DNA from: the human T2T-CHM13v2.0 reference genome, Homo sapiens
DNA length: 64,000 nucleotides
Assembly: GCF_009914755.1 (NCBI RefSeq)
Contig: NC_060927.1
Direction: 5' to 3' (one strand)
Shown here one piece after another: positions 1-12,151 of the stretch; positions within the stretch are counted from its first letter, which is position 1, and each line of letters starts with the position of its first letter. The translations under genes and the position numbers were made by a program. The notes beneath the pieces were generated by a model that worked only from the letters and a program-made list of their open reading frames with translations, did not search any database and was not told the origin of the DNA.

Positions 1-269
1 GGTCAAAACAACATAAATATATGTTTTGAGGATTATGAAAGAAAAGTTTTATGGGAAGTTGATCTCTTAATTAGATAGGTAGAGTTGTTTTTCTTTGCTC
101 TCTCGTTTTTGGCAATTATATTTATTGTTGGCTATTATTGCTAGAATGAGATAGTATTCAGCATCAATATTCACCCTATTTTTTCTTTTTTTAATTAGAT
201 ATAAATGCTGAGAAATTTTGTTCATATTTAAGCCGTGGAATTGGAAGTTTTGTTTAGAAATATCATTAA

Positions 270-573
<304 letters not shown>

Positions 574-768
574 TTATTGAATTATTTTTGAGTTAAAAAG
601 CAAAAATTATTTACTGATTTTTCTCTTAAAATTATTTTTTAAACAGCTGTTATTATATAATTCATATCTCTTGTAACTTTGTTGACAGCAATGACTCAAT
701 ACCAATTGACTTGTGAAAAGTATTTGTAACCAGTTATGAGAGTTAGTAACTTCCTCAACAATAATACC

Positions 769-1196
769 AGTAGACCTAAAAGGAAGAAGCTAAGGCAAAA
801 TTACTATAGAGAGTTTATTTGGGCCAAGTTTGAAGACTGCACCCCAGGACATACTTCCAGGTTGCCTTGGAGAGTGCTCTGGGGAACATAGGAGAGGCTC
901 AAGTTTTTAAAGATAAAAGGAACAAATCAAGAGAGTGGGTAATTCTTCAGGAATTCTCATTGGTTTACAGAAATAACATTTGTTAGTGATTGGCTATACC
1001 TTGTTGAACTGTAGGATGTATGGCGCTTTATGGCTACTTGGCATTATTCTAGAGCCTGCATAGCAAATGGCTTCAAAAGGTAATTATCTAGCTCAAGGAG
1101 GAGTGAGACATGACTACTGTTACGTCTTCAATGCCTCTCTGGGCCTGATAATTTAAAGGGGCCCACATGCCTCAGATAAAAAGCTTTTTTTTCTCA
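769..1196 (-). mobile_element. ERV1 (MER4-group) solo LTR, MER67/MER31-like
   Basis: Reverse complement begins TGAGAAAAAAAAGCTTTTATCTGAGG...TTTAAATTATCAGGCCCAGAGAGGCATTG; polyA signal as tttatt at about 814; subfamily from recall. Confidence 0.65.
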
Positions 1197-1460
1197 TATG
1201 AATATTTCAAATTGTTCCTTTGCTTGGGAACCTGGAGGTGTTTTCACCCTGAGGTAACAACGCACCACTGTAAGATGTGGGATGGAAGAGAGAAGAGCCT
1301 TTCTTCTGTAAAGTGGGAAGAAATCCATTGTAAAAGGGCAACTTACAGCTTGACCTCACTGTCTCTTAGATTTTAGGAAAGAGTACAAATAGGCTTTGAG
1401 GATCTGGAAATTGATTTCCTTAAAACAACTCAAGATTCCACATGTAAAGTTTTCCAGATT

Positions 1461-1601
1461 GTTGCTACTTTTAGCGTGGTCTGTGGGCCAGCAACATTGG
1501 CATACCTGGGAGCTGTTAGAAATGCAGAATCTCAGCCCCAGCCTAGACCTCCTAAAGCTGAATCTGCAAAATCCCAGGGCGATTCACTAGCACATTAAAG
1601 T
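1461..1601. mobile_element. MER5 (hAT-Charlie MITE)
   Basis: acctgggagctgttagaaatgcagaatctcagccccagcctagacc core. Confidence 0.8.
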
Positions 1602-2989
1602 CCAGATTGCTGCCACTTCCTTCCCCTCAAAACCTTGTAGTGCACACATTGGCTGTTATGCAGTTTCCTTCCCAGTGTAGGAGTCATTTACATACCTCTT
1701 GAGCAGCCTCTGCTCATAATTTTGGCTTTGGTTCTCCAAGAAGTCACTTGGTTTAGTTTCCAGCAGTCTGTGAGGCCTACTGGGCTGGGCTTTCTGACTC
1801 TGCAAATAATTTAAACACTGTTTATCGTGGTCCCTAAGGAACCCTCAGTAAGTGGTAGCTGATAGTTATCATTTTCCTCTCACTAATGGTCAGATTTGAG
1901 TAAGAGATCCTTTTTCCTCCTTGAGTGTCACTCGAGCCTGTGATTTTGAATTACTGGATGTTAAGATTGGCAAGACCTGTGTGTGTCATGGAGAGGTTTC
2001 CTCCTATCATCCCAGTGAACATTGTGACCTTGTCATTAGGAGAGCTATAAATAGAATAATTTTTTTTAAGGAAAATAAAAGCCTATTCAAACAGAGCATC
2101 AGAAGCTGCTGGTTCTAGCAAGAAGAAAATGGCTGATTGTATTTTTTGAAATGTCTTTGCCTTTCCCTGTATTTTTGCTGTGTTGACAGTTGTGCCATCC
2201 AGGCTTGACCTAGCCCTCGGCCCTCCCTCTTGGCTCTGCATTGACTTTTTGTATATGTGGGATTCCAGATCTGTAAACAAGGGGGCCCGGTGCCAAAGCC
2301 TCCCTCTTGGGTGCAAACACCCAAGTGTCAGTGGTGTTTGGAAGCAGAGGAGCAGTCCGTGGGAGGAAGCATTCCCCGACATTATTCTCACTTTGCACCC
2401 CCAACAGGAAATCCTGCAGTATCCTGGGAAGAACAAGGATGCTCAGTGTTCAAATCCTGCCTGGTTTTACCTAAGCTCCCTGGACTTCTGTGTCTCTATC
2501 TCTAAAATGACCATCAACTCAAATGGCTATGGGAAAATTAAATGAGACTAAGCATATGTGTAGATAAGTGGATGCTCTAAAAAAGTGATTTTCCTCCTCC
2601 TTTCAAACAAACGGACAGTGCTTCTTAAAATCAATGCTTCATAAAATCATAGGCTCTTGGGCTGGGGAATATTCTTTAAAATCATGACATTTGCTGTGGA
2701 AGAAACTAGAGGGAAAAAAATGAACCTACACTGCTGAGCCAAGTTTCAGATTTTACAATAGTGCCTGTGCACTAATGATAATTTAAGATGATGGTGTCCA
2801 GGAAGGGACCCATTTCTCTACAGCTGATTAGCCACAGATCAGTGCTATGGGTTATAGAACTAGGAAGGCAGAACATGAATAGACAGAGATAATATGTAGA
2901 GCAGAAGGAGCACAATACTGAGAGTCCTTGAATGCACTTTATTTGCTGCTTTGAGCAGCACTTTGAATAGCAAAATTATGCGTTAATAT

Positions 2990-3178
2990 CAGTGGTTCAC
3001 AAAATGTGGTCCCTGATCAGCAGCATCAGCATCACCTGGGAACTTGTTAGAAATGCAAATTATCTGGCCTCGCCCCAGATCTGCTGAATCAGAAACCCTG
3101 GGAGTGAGGCCAGCAATCAGTGTTTTAAGCAAGCTTTGCATGTGATTCAGATGAACGCTAGAGTTTGGGAATTACTGG
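2990..3178. mobile_element. MER5A
   Basis: cagcagcatcagcatcacctgggaacttgttagaaatgcaaat...ctgctgaatcagaaac. Confidence 0.9.
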
Positions 3179-3464
3179 TTTACATTTTAACAGCTTACAA
3201 CCATCTTTTCCAATGCAAAGCAAAGTGGAATCATAAATGTCTTAGCATTTTAGATTCCTTACCTCCTTTACATATACTGTGAAAATTCCCAGATATTATT
3301 GTCTTCTGATTCTTGCAGAGATATGCATGAGCACAGTCACTAGGTAGAACTTCCTCAGTTGCCTTGGGTGGCTGTTGTTTAATTATGAAGCAGTAATAGA
3401 AGGATTCTGAAAATTAAGCAAATGAATCTGCTGTCACTTCTGTTCTTTAGAAATACCTTTCCTA

Positions 3465-3590
3465 GTTTGGATGCAGTGGCTCATGCCTGTAATCCTAGCA
3501 CTTTAGGAGGCTGAGGCAAGAGGATAACTTGAGACCAAAAGTTTGAGACCAGCCTGGGCAACATAGTGAGACCCCATCTCTAACAAAAAA
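3465..3590 (+). mobile_element. FLAM (free left Alu monomer)
   Basis: Single monomer ending ccccatctctaacaaaaaa; TSD aaatacctttcct / aaattacctttcct. Confidence 0.9.
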
Positions 3591-4399
3591 CCCCAAAATT
3601 ACCTTTCCTCTAGAGTTACAATACATTTATAACCTTATAACAAATTGTATACAAATCACTATGTTTTTATTTCTACACCTTCACAGTCCTGTCTCTAGAA
3701 GCAGTTACACCAAAGCCCTGTGTTGTCTGGAGGTGTGAAGACAGACACTCTGGGCCCCTCCAAAGGATGTCATCACTCAGGCCCAACTTCTGCTTATTTT
3801 GAATTTCCTGTTTGATGGTTAAAAGTCAAGGAGAAGACCAGAAGTTAAAAGCTTGTACCACATTCTGCCTCTGATTCATATTCTGTATCATCATTGGTTG
3901 TTTATGTGTCTGCCTCAATCTCCCAGATTGGGGCTCATCAGGGGCAAGAGTCATCTGTCTCATTCCCCTTCTACAAAATAGGCATGCAGTAGATGTTCAC
4001 GGACAGGACGACACCGAAGCCAGCAAGGCTGAGCAGCTGGTGGAAGGCTGGGGAGCTCTTCCAAGCATCCACAGCTACTCCCTCCTGCTCACTTTATTAC
4101 ACCATCTCTGTTTATCGGGTGTTTATTACTTACTTGATTTCCACGTGTCATTCTCTAGAGACTTTGTAAGTGACTGACTGTGTTCACCCCTAAAACTTGG
4201 CAGAAGTCAGGCTTTGTAAATATAGTGGAAGAAAGGAGAGTCACAGCTAAGAGCTTCCTAATGAGGACACTGCGAACATGTTATTTTCAACATTCAACTC
4301 CTAAGTTTGAATAATTCATGAAAAAAAATCTGTTGAACTAGAAGTGACTGGGCTATTTTAATGAAAGTAGAGATTTGGAATGTTTTAGAGCTGCAGATC

Positions 4400-4580
4400 A
4401 ACACCCTCAGTTTTCATGAGAGAACTGAAGGCAGGGAGAGGAAATGACCAGCCCACAACTCAGTGAATTAGTGAGCTCGGGTCTTCTGTGTCCCGTGCCC
4501 TCAAGGTCACACAGCGGCTAGTGGCCAATCTGAAACTAGAACTCAGGCCTTGAGATTCACACACCTAGTTCTTTCCATGG
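4400..4580 (-). mobile_element. MIR fragments
   Basis: aactgaaggcagggagagg...aaggtcacacagc...agtggc...ctagaactcagg. Confidence 0.7.
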
Positions 4581-4714
4581 AGCCACCACAATTTGTCACA
4601 GGGACACCAGAGGGTAGGCAGGCCCAAGGTCCCTCTCTCCTGCACTTCTGGGTCACAGAAGACACAGGGAGATCACATTTCCTTTCCTTTTCCATCTTCA
4701 GTGATCAAGCCCAG

Positions 4715-4885
4715 TTGCTTTCTGCTCTGGCTGCATATGAGACCCCCGGGGAGCTTTTTAAAGATTCTGATGCTCAAAACCCACCCTAGGTCAATTAAAT
4801 CCATCTGGTGGTGGGACCCAGGCTTCAGTGTTTTAAAGCCCCCTAGGTGGTTCCAATCTGCAGCTAAATTTGAGAAACATTGGGT
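4715..4885. mobile_element. MER5-family MITE
   Basis: ctggctgcatatgaga...ggggagctttttaaa...tttgagaaacattgg. Confidence 0.7.
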
Positions 4886-4920
4886 CTAGCCTGTCCCTCT
4901 CGTTTCTCCTATTCTCTTAA

Positions 4921-5277
<357 letters not shown>

Positions 5278-6685
5278 TAATCCTCAGGTTTTAGCATTGC
5301 AATCACATGGTTAAGTTCAGGCTGCTGCCATTCCAAGCCATTTAAGACATTAGCCAAAAACTTAGCTTTGTGGTCCCCTTCTCATCTACTCCTCTCTCTC
5401 TCAGCTTGGCTGGGTCTTTGCTTCCTTTACCACTGCCTCCCCTCAGCCCCTACCCAGGCCTTACTCTCCCAGGAGGGGCTACCATTTGTAGCCCTTCTCT
5501 CAAAGCCTCCCTCCTCCTTGGCTTCATCCCCAGATTAGTATGAGGCTGGACTAGAGGAACTGGGAGCTCAGGCTGGATGGAAAGCTTTGGGGATGCTGTT
5601 CCTATGATTATTGGTCCCAGAGGAATAATTCTTCCAGCAGCTCTTCTTTTTTTTCTTGCTGGCTAAGTGTGTGGGTGTGCAGCAGGCATCTGCTAGGGAA
5701 TGTCGGCAAAAAATAAAACTTTTGAAGCTTCAATTCTGCAGACAGATTGAGAGGCCTCCCAACAGTGCAGAATTGCTGAATCTGGCTCCTTCCACCCACT
5801 TACCCCCCCAGGAAGCGGTAGGTCGAGTTCGACGTGTTTTGATTTGTTAACAGTGGCCTAGCTTATGGGAGTTTAACTCATAAGTGTGACGCTTGAAGAT
5901 AAACTAGTCAACAAATAATTATTGAACATTCATTGCATGCAGGGCACTGTGCTAGGCACTGATAAAACCCAGATGGAAGGTCACCTCTGCTAAACGTATT
6001 TTGTGGGCAATGAAAGGAGACAGGAAGAGAGGGGAGTAGGAATAGGAAGGAAATAAAAATCCATAAAAGGGAAAAGGGTTAGGAGTGGCAGGATGACAGT
6101 TGCGTGTTTAACTTCCCAGGACTTAAAGTCCTGAACTATATGTCCAGTCCATTCTCACCAACCATATTGGAGCCACCATATTGTTTTAATCTTGTCATTT
6201 GACCTCCAAGATACTTTGGGGGCCCCTCAGGGAGCTTAGCAAACATTATCCTAAGACAGCTGCAGCTTCTTTCTCAATGCGTCTCCATCTCCCTCGCGCG
6301 TGTCTTTTTGTCACTTTCTAACTCCCACGCTTTATCTCCCTTGCTATCTCTTAGATAGATAACATTTTTTCATGAATACATAAAGAAATAAATCCAAGCT
6401 CTCAGCCATTTATCAAACTAATAATGAATATTACTGGTGGAAATGACCAACACAAATTAACAGCTAAAACTACACATAGAAAAAAATGGTTATTGATGGA
6501 AAATTGCCTGAAGAATCAAATCTTCTTGACAAAATGTAGACATCCAAATATGATCAAGAAAAATTGGATTCGGTAGAAATAACGGGCACAAAGTAAAATC
6601 CATGAAGACAGATATTATAATTGGTAAAATTTGACATGGACAATAACTTGATAACGAATCCAATTTTGTCAGGAAATTTAAACAG

Positions 6686-7098
<413 letters not shown>

Positions 7099-7419
7099 TC
7101 AATACAATATATACAAAATGGTAAAAACTAGAAACTACCGTATGAAAAATTGATCAGTGAATTTCATTACTAATGACATTTGTTCTAGAAACTCACTTTC
7201 TTGATGGAAGTCTGTCAATGCTGGCATAATTCTGATGAAAATATTTATAGTCAAATTTCCAGTGAGGTAACAATAACAGTGAAAAATATCATGACCCCAC
7301 AGGAGCTGCCTGATGAATAGGCAGCAAGGCGAAAACTAGATCACCACCCATAGAGTGGGGCTTAGGAATCTCTTTCTTTAAACAAACAAAAACAGAAACA
7401 AAAATCCTCCATCTTTTGA

Positions 7420-8180
7420 GCTATAATGTAAACGAACCAACTATTAACAAAATGTTTGGGGAACAACCAGAAAAATTTGAACACGGACAGAATGCTAGAG
7501 AGTATTAAACCGTTGTTATTATTATTATAGGCATGATGATGGTGTTGTGGTCATATATTTTTATAGTCCTATTGTGGACTGAATATATTCCCCCAAAATT
7601 CATATATTGAAGCCTGAACCCCCATTTTGACTGTATTAGAAGAAGGACCTTTAAATAGGTTACAGGGGCTAAATGAGGACCTAATCTAGTGGGAGCAGGG
7701 TGGGGTCCTAAGTGTCCTTATAAGAAGAAGAGCCATGGGGTAGGGCACTAGCATAAAGAAAAGGCTATGTGGGGACACAGTGAAAAGGTGGCCATCTGCA
7801 AGGCAAGGAGGCTGGCCTCAGGAGAAACCAACCCTGCCGGCACCTTCATCTGGACTTCTAGCCTCTAAAAATGAGAGGAAAATATTGTCTATTGTTTTAG
7901 CCACCCAGGCTATGGTATTTGTTATGGAAGCACTAGCAAACTAAGATGAATCCTTATATACTAGAGATACCCACTGAATTATTTATGAGTGGAATAATAT
8001 GATGTCTAAAGTTTTGCTTTAAAATACTCCAGAAATAAAAATTGAGGATAGCAGATAGATAAAACAAGACTGGCTAAGGTTGACAGTTATTGGAGCTGGG
8101 TAACAAGTACTTGGAGGTACATTGTACTATTATTCTCTTCTACTGTGGACTATGTTTGAAAATATTCAAATAAGTTTTAA
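7420..8180 (+). mobile_element. L1ME 3' end, interrupted by MLT1B
   Basis: ctagagatacccactgaattatttatgagtggaataatatgatgtct...tatgtttgaaaatattcaaataa. Confidence 0.75.
7570..7950 (+). mobile_element. MLT1B LTR
   Basis: ggactgaat...cccccaaaattcatatattgaagcc...ggcctcaggagaaaccaaccctgccggcacctt...gcaaactaa. Confidence 0.85.
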
Positions 8181-8419
8181 CAAATTGACATGGACAATTG
8201 TACAGGTGATTTTTATGTATATTCAAGTAGATAATTACCAAGAAAAGGTTTCCCATAATCTTGTATTCTAACCTGGGCTGCTGTGGCCTGGAATAAAATG
8301 TCACAAATATATATTTATAAATAAAACAGTCACTAAATATAATAAGGGAAAAGAATAAAAATGCCCACTGCAGACAGTGGAACTGTGGGCAAGGGGCAAG
8401 CAGTCAGAGAAGGAGGAAT

Positions 8420-8660
8420 CAGCATTCATTGAGTGCCTAATACATACCAGGTGCTTTGTAAACATTGTCTTTGGATACTCACATAGGTTTATGAAGTAGA
8501 CTTATAATTTTCAATCCTTTAAAAACATTTTAATATGAAGAAACTAAGGCCCAGGGAGGAGGAATGAATTCCTAAGATCACACACTAGGAAGTGGCTGAG
8601 CTGGGATTTTAATCCTATCTGTCTGCTTCCAAAACTTGCATTCTTTTCTCTGTACAATAC
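8420..8660 (-). mobile_element. MIR
   Basis: gaagaaactaaggcccaggg...aagatcacacactaggaagtggctgagctgggattt. Confidence 0.85.
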
Positions 8661-8671
8661 CTTTTCCCTAG

Positions 8672-8760
8672 ATATTGCCAAATATCAGATCATAAAGGAC
8701 AGGAATTCTGAAGAGGATAAAATCGTAGACAGACCATTACCAAAGGAGTTGGACTTGGAG
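8672..8760 (+). ncRNA. Candidate internal exon A (89 nt) of a spliced + strand transcript (lncRNA or small ORF)
   Basis: Acceptor ccttttccctAG at 8670-8671; consensus donor GAG|GTAAGT at 8761; purine-rich body. Confidence 0.55.
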
Positions 8761-8939
8761 GTAAGTCCTGGAAGTGGAGAAAAGACATGCAAGCAACCTA
8801 GGAGTGGGGAGGGATGGCAAGATGCAGAAACTTGGTGGCAGGTGGAGAATGGGGTAAGAATGAGAGGCCACCACTGCAGGCTCATATTTCTTGAATGAAG
8901 GGATAGACCAGATGATCTTTCAAATCTAAAATTCTGTCA

Positions 8940-9625
8940 ACCCTCATCTGAGCCTCTCCATTAGGATGTTCCACCTTCATCTCCAGTTCTACATTTTTAA
9001 AACTAGATTCATTACTTTCTCTCCTCCCCACCTGAAACAATTTCCTCCTGGATTCCCTCACCTGCTGATAGGATTCTCTCACCCACCTACATTTAACACC
9101 TGTCATCTTTACCAATCTTGTCCAGGCCCAAGTCTTGGGACAGCACTGGTAAAAGAATCCTGATAAAAGTTTGTGTCACTCCTTTGCTCAAAACTCTAGG
9201 AGCTCCCCTATCTGTTCCTTGAATACCTAAGCCATGTTCTGGCCTCAGAGCCTTTGCACTGGCAGTTCTCTCTACCCAGAAGGCTCTTCTGCCAGATATC
9301 CATCTTAATCTCCTTTACGACTTTATTCAGTGTCACCATCCCAATGAGACCTTCCTTGACCACCTGTTTTAAGTTGCACCTACCTGCGTCTTCCCCTGCT
9401 GCATGCCTAATCTCTTATACCATGATCTACTATTTTTCCCTCAGCACTTGTTTCTTTTTAACACACTATTTGTTTTTCTTTTCTCTTAAAAATTGTGTAT
9501 CTCCCTTCATTAGAATAGAAGTCAGACAAGGGCAGGGCTTTTGTCCAATTTGTTCACTTCTCTAACCCTAAGAATTAACAACAATGCCTGGGCGCATAGA
9601 AATTTCTCAATGAATGAATGAATCC
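8940..9625 (+). mobile_element. L2 3' region
   Basis: Pyrimidine-rich L2 3' sequence ending in the aatgaatgaatgaat tail. Confidence 0.8.
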
Positions 9626-9862
9626 ATGTCTTATAAATGAAGTACAGCATAACATGGAAACTAATAAATAAAGATATGGATAAAGTTCTGGGGAAAAAAA
9701 TGGCTGTCAGTTCTACCCACCTTGGAGTGTCAGGAAAAGTTTCACACAAGAGGTGACAATTGAGCTGAGACTTAAATGTAAGTGGGCCAAGGTAGATGGG
9801 GTAGGTGAATAATGGTCCCCAAAGAGATCAAGTCCTAATCCCTGGAGCCTGGGGTTATAGGA

Positions 9863-11091
9863 TGTATTAGTCCATTCTCAGGCTGCTATAAGGACATACC
9901 CAAGACTGAGTAACTTATAAAGAAAAGAGGTTTAACTGACTCATAATTCTGCAAGGCTGGGGAGACTTCAGGAAACCTTACAATCATGGTGGAAGGGGAA
10001 GCAAATACATCTTTCTTCACATGGTGGCAAGAGAGTGAAATGAGAGTTGAGTAAAGGAGGAAGCCCCTTGTAAAACCATCAGATCTCATGAGAACTCACT
10101 CACTATCATGACAACAGTATGGGGGAAACTGCTGTCATGATTCAATTATGTCCACCTGGTCCCGCCCTTGACATGTGGGGATTATTACAATTCAAGATGA
10201 GATTTTGGGTGGGGATGTGTCCGGAATTTATTCCTTCTGGTGGGTTCTTGGTCTTGCTGACTTCAAGAATGAAGCCGTGGACCTTCGTGGTGAGTGTTAC
10301 AGCTCTTAAAGATGGTGTGTCTGGAGTTCCTTCAGATGTTCAGATGTGTCTGGAGTTTCTTCCTTCTGGTGGGTTCGTGGTCTCGCTGACTTCAGGAATG
10401 AAGCTGCAGACCTTCACAGTGAGTGTTACAGCTCTTAAAGGTGGCATGTCCAGAGTTGCTTGTTCCTCCCGATGGGTTCATGGTCTTGCTGACTTCAGGA
10501 ATGAAGCTGCAGACCCTCGTGGTGAGTGTTACAGCTCATAAAGGTAGTGCGGACACAAAGAGTGAGGAGCAGCAAGATTTATTGTGAAGAGCGAAAGAAC
10601 AAAGCTTCCACGGCATGGAAGGGGACCTCAGTGGGTTGCTGCTGCTGGCTCAGGTGGCCAGCTTTTAGTCCCTTATTTGGCCCCGCCCACATCCTGCTGA
10701 TTGGTCCATTTTACAGAGTGCTGATTGGTCCATTTTACAGAGTGCTGATTGGTGCATTTACAATCCTTTAGCTAGATACAGAGTGCTGATTGGTGCCTTT
10801 TTACAGAGTGCTGATTGGTGCATTTACAATCCTTTAGCTAGACACAGAATGCTGATTGGTGCATTTTTACAGAGTGCTGATTGGTGGATTTACAATCCTT
10901 TAGCTAGACACAGAGCGCTGATTGGTGTGTTTTTAGAGTGCTGATTGGTGCATTTACAATCCTTTAGCTAGACACAGAGTGCTGATTGGTGCATTTACAA
11001 TCCTCTAGCTAGACAGAAAAGTTCTCCAAGTCCCCACCTGACCCAGAAGCCCAGCTGGCTTCACCTCTCAGGGACACAGCCAAACCATACA
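9863..11091 (-). mobile_element. THE1C LTR split by LTR12 (pieces 9863-10215 and 11071-11091)
   Basis: tgtattagtccattctc...gagattttgggtgggga, resuming gggacacagccaaaccataca. Confidence 0.9.
10216..11070 (-). mobile_element. LTR12-family (HERV9) solo LTR
   Basis: Reverse complement starts TGAGAGGTGAAGCCAGCTGG; tandem CCAATCAGCAC units; U5 repeats gtgagtgttacagctc; 4-bp TSD GGGA at 10212-10215 and 11071-11074. Confidence 0.95.
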
Positions 11092-11743
11092 ATGTGGCAA
11101 AAGAGACTTAACAGATGTGACTAAGCTAAGTATCTTGAGATGGAAATATTATTCTGTATTATTCAGCGGGACCATAAATGGAATCATAAGTATTCTTATA
11201 AGGGAGAGGCAAAGGTAGATTTAGCAGCAGCAGCATAAGCAGAAGTTGATGTGACACTAGAGCAAGATGCTGTGCTGCTGGCTTTAAAGATGGAAGAAGG
11301 AGTCATGAGCCAAAGAATGCAAATAATGTGGCTCTAGAAGCTGGAAAGGGCAAGAAAACAGATTCTTCCCTTCAGCTTGTGGAGGGAGCACAGCCCTGCT
11401 GACACCTTGATTTCAGCTCAGTAAAACTGATTTTGGACTCTGACCTCCAGGAATTGTAAAAGAATAAATGTGCATTGTTTTAAGCCACCAAGTTTGTGGT
11501 AATTTGTTACAGCAACCATTAAAAACTAATACAGAAGGTGAGGGCATCCTATTAGGAGGGAATAGTATGTACAAATTGTGAAAGTGACAGCATTTTCAAG
11601 ACACCCCTGGGAAACTTAATGTACTTGGGTTAAGCAGTAGGGAGTAGAGAAAGGTGGGGTTGGAGATGTGGCAGGAGCTAGATTGTGAAGGGCCTTGCAT
11701 GTCATGTAGAAGAGTTGGGTGGTATTCTATTGGTATAGGGAAA

Positions 11744-12151
11744 TGTAATGACCTTCAGTCCTGAATGGCATATTTTCCTGGCTGCAGGGAGTGCTGCTGG
11801 CAGATGGCCCTTACTTGCAACTCTCTTCTGGAATCTCTTTTTTATGCATGCAGCTGTCTATCCCAAGCTCATACCAGCTTCCTGGGGCAACCAATGAGTG
11901 GTCTACACAGAAGTATACTCTGTCATTTCACTCCAATTCAGAAGAACTCTGAAGGGCCATCCCAACTTCAGAGCTTCCCAGGAGGTTAGCTAAAGCTTTG
12001 TTGTGATGACTTTGGAGCTCAACTTCCCTGTGTGTCCAATCCTGCCTTCTTCTCTCTCTTCTACAGGTATTAATCCCAACAGCCCTCCCTAATAAACATC
12101 CTGCCTGCTAGTCTTTGTCTCATTCAGCCTCCTTGGGAACTCACCCTGCCA
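11744..12151 (+). mobile_element. LTR16-family (ERVL) LTR
   Basis: gagtgctgctggcagatggccc...actctgaagggccatccc...aataaacatcctgc. Confidence 0.75.

Larger units (their letters stand above)
9797..11533 (+). mobile_element. MLT1D LTR split by THE1C (pieces 9797-9862 and 11092-11533)
   Basis: gtaggtgaataatggtccccaaag...gtcctaatccctgga resumes as tggcaaaagagactt...aactaataca. Confidence 0.85.

Noticed and set aside
5731-5775. 10-bp inverted repeat CAATTCTGCA / TGCAGAATTG
   Set aside because: Expected by chance in 64 kb; no RNA-family features
6370-6680. A-rich stretch that looks like decayed coding sequence
   Set aside because: Stops in the frame I examined and no family recognised; needs a Dfam or TBLASTX search
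10695-11010. Regular repeat array resembling CRISPR
   Set aside because: No unique spacers; these are LTR12 U3 tandem repeats in a primate genome
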